NCBI GenBank assembly: GCA_045630445.1
Contig: JAZQTF010000149.1
Coordinates: 1 to 47,870 of the forward strand
Source: Acutalibacteraceae bacterium
Lineage (GTDB): Bacteria; Bacillota; Clostridia; Oscillospirales; Acutalibacteraceae
Length of the DNA stretch: 47,870 nt
Direction of reading: 5' to 3'
Shown here: positions 46,514 through 47,870 of the stretch, piece by piece
Numbering within the stretch: position 1 is the first letter of the stretch
How the letters are laid out: each line of letters begins with the position of its first letter
Position numbers and translations under genes: made by a program
The notes under the pieces: model-generated
Told to the model about the DNA's origin: nothing
The model's input: only the letters and a program-made list of their open reading frames with translations
Database searches by the model: none

Positions 46514-47870
46514 TTAGAGAACTTTGTCCTCAACTTCTTTTGTAGCTTTAGCGATGAATTCCGCAACGCTCATTGAACCCTCGTCGCCATTCTTTCTGGA
46601 ACGAACGGAAAGAGAATCTGTCTCAACTTCCTTGTCACCGACAACAAGCATATACGGGATTTTCTGCAGCTGAGCCTCACGGATTTTGTAACCGATCTTT
46701 TCGCTTCTGTCATCAAGTTCAACTCTGAAACCTGCTTTTGAAAGTGCGTCATAAATCTCTCTTGATTTGTCGTGGTGACGGTCAGCGATGGGGAGGATGA
46801 TTGCCTGTACCGGAGCGAGCCACATCGGGAATGCACCCGCGTATTTTTCAATAAGCAACGCAAGAGTTCTCTCGTAGCAACCGATTGATGTGCGGTGGAT
46901 GATGTACGGATTTTTCTTTGTGCCGTCACGGTCGATGTATTCCATTCCGAATTTCTCGGAGAGGAGCTGGTCAATCTGAATTGTGATGAGTGTGTCTTCC
47001 TTGCCGTGAACGTTCTTGATCTGAATGTCAAGTTTCGGGCCGTAGAAAGCAGCCTCACCAACACCGATAGCGTAGGGGATTTCAAGGTGGTCAAGAATCT
47101 TCTTCATTGTTGACTGAGCCTCATCCCACTGCTCGGGAGTGCCGATGTATTTTTCTTTATCATCAGGATCCCACTGTGAGAAACGGTAGGAAACGTCCTC
47201 GTAAAGACCAAGAGTTTTGAGCATAAAGATTGCAAGTTCAAGACAACCCTTGAATTCGCTTTCAAGCTGGTCGGGTGTGCACATGAGGTGACCCTCGGAA
47301 ATTGTAAACTGACGCACACGGATAAGACCGTGCATCTCACCACTTGACTCGTTACGGAAAAGTGTGGATGTCTCGTTGTATCTGAGCGGGAGGTCGCGGT
47401 ATGAACGCGCACGGTTGAGATATGCCTGATACTGGAACGGGCACGTCATCGGACGAAGTGCAAAAACTTCCTTGTCCTTTTCCTCGTCACCCATTACAAA
47501 CATTCCGTCCTGATAATGATCCCAGTGACCGGAAATTTTGTAAAGGTCGCTCTTTGCCATATACGGAGTCTTTGTAAGAAGCCAACCTCGCTTCTGCTCC
47601 TCATCCTCAACGAATCTCTGCAAAATCTGAATGATTCTTGCACCTTTCGGGAGAAGAATCGGCAAGCCCTGACCGATAACGTCGCTTGTTGTGAAGATTT
47701 CAAGTTCACGTCCGATTTTGTTGTGGTCGCGTTTCTTTGCTTCCTCGAGCATTGTCAGGTGCTCCTCAAGCATAGCAGCCTTCGGGAATGCTGTTCCGTA
47801 AACTCTTGAAAGGGACTTGTTCTTAGCGTCGCCCCTCCAGTATGAGCCGGTACAGCTCATAAGCTTGAAG
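46514..47870 (-). CDS. thrS: Threonine--tRNA ligase, N-terminal part beyond the window edge
   Basis: The frame stays open to the window end (FKLMSCTGSYWRGD). Class II core motifs FRNESSGEMHGLIRVRQFT and GPKLD are present, with a C-terminal anticodon-binding domain. Confidence 0.95.
   Translation of the reverse strand, partial: FKLMSCTGSYWRGDAKNKSLSRVYGTAFPKAAMLEEHLTMLEEAKKRDHNKIGRELEIFTTSDVIGQGLPILLPKGARIIQILQRFVEDEEQKRGWLLTKTPYMAKSDLYKISGHWDHYQDGMFVMGDEEKDKEVFALRPMTCPFQYQAYLNRARSYRDLPLRYNETSTLFRNESSGEMHGLIRVRQFTISEGHLMCTPDQLESEFKGCLELAIFMLKTLGLYEDVSYRFSQWDPDDKEKYIGTPEQWDEAQSTMKKILDHLEIPYAIGVGEAAFYGPKLDIQIKNVHGKEDTLITIQIDQLLSEKFGMEYIDRDGTKKNPYIIHRTSIGCYERTLALLIEKYAGAFPMWLAPVQAIILPIADRHHDKSREIYDALSKAGFRVELDDRSEKIGYKIREAQLQKIPYMLVVGDKEVETDSLSVRSRKNGDEGSMSVAEFIAKATKEVEDKVL

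Overview
This window is a core-genome segment of a spore-forming Firmicute with Clostridia-like gene order, and about 50 protein genes account for nearly all of it. I found no rRNA, tRNA, CRISPR array, transposase, integrase, phage gene or recognisable defence or toxin-antitoxin module, and no intergenic gap exceeds about 220 nt. Gene content in order (minus-strand genes are marked): gatA(partial)-gatB; a PHP phosphoesterase; an Lrp/AsnC regulator coupled to a class I aminotransferase; ispE; spoIIR; yaaL; rqcH, nif3 and ylbJ-like (minus strand); the yqfC-yqfD-phoH-ybeY-era-yqzL-recO sporulation/ribosome-maturation cluster; mutS2; gdhA with nfnAB; ylxM-ffh-rpsP-ylqC. A minus-strand GT4 glycosyltransferase and an unknown membrane-anchored protein follow, then nrdR and DUF4363-DUF421 (minus) divergent from a gerABC germinant-receptor operon. 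Next come a SAM-I riboswitch with metK, a metallophosphoesterase, and the long translationally coupled rimP-nusA-ylxR-ylxQ-infB-rbfA-nrnA-truB-ribF operon. The window ends with rpsO, pnp, a MocR-type regulator (minus) and thrS (minus, partial). Several ORF-track entries carry spurious N-terminal extensions, which I re-called from RBS spacing, and one conserved small gene (yqzL-like, 52 aa) falls below the track's size cutoff. I do not see a convincing previously undescribed multi-gene system. The most unusual items are: (1) ribF extended in frame by a complete HAD phosphatase domain; (2) the universal rpsP-ylqC-rimM-trmD-rplS cluster cut after ylqC and replaced by a convergent glycosyltransferase and unknown protein; (3) an NrdR-box-like palindrome on the nrdR promoter itself; (4) a DUF421/DUF4363 pair divergent from gerABC; (5) terminator-like leader structures ahead of rimP-nusA and pnp. 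All family calls come from motif recognition by eye, and no database search was run.
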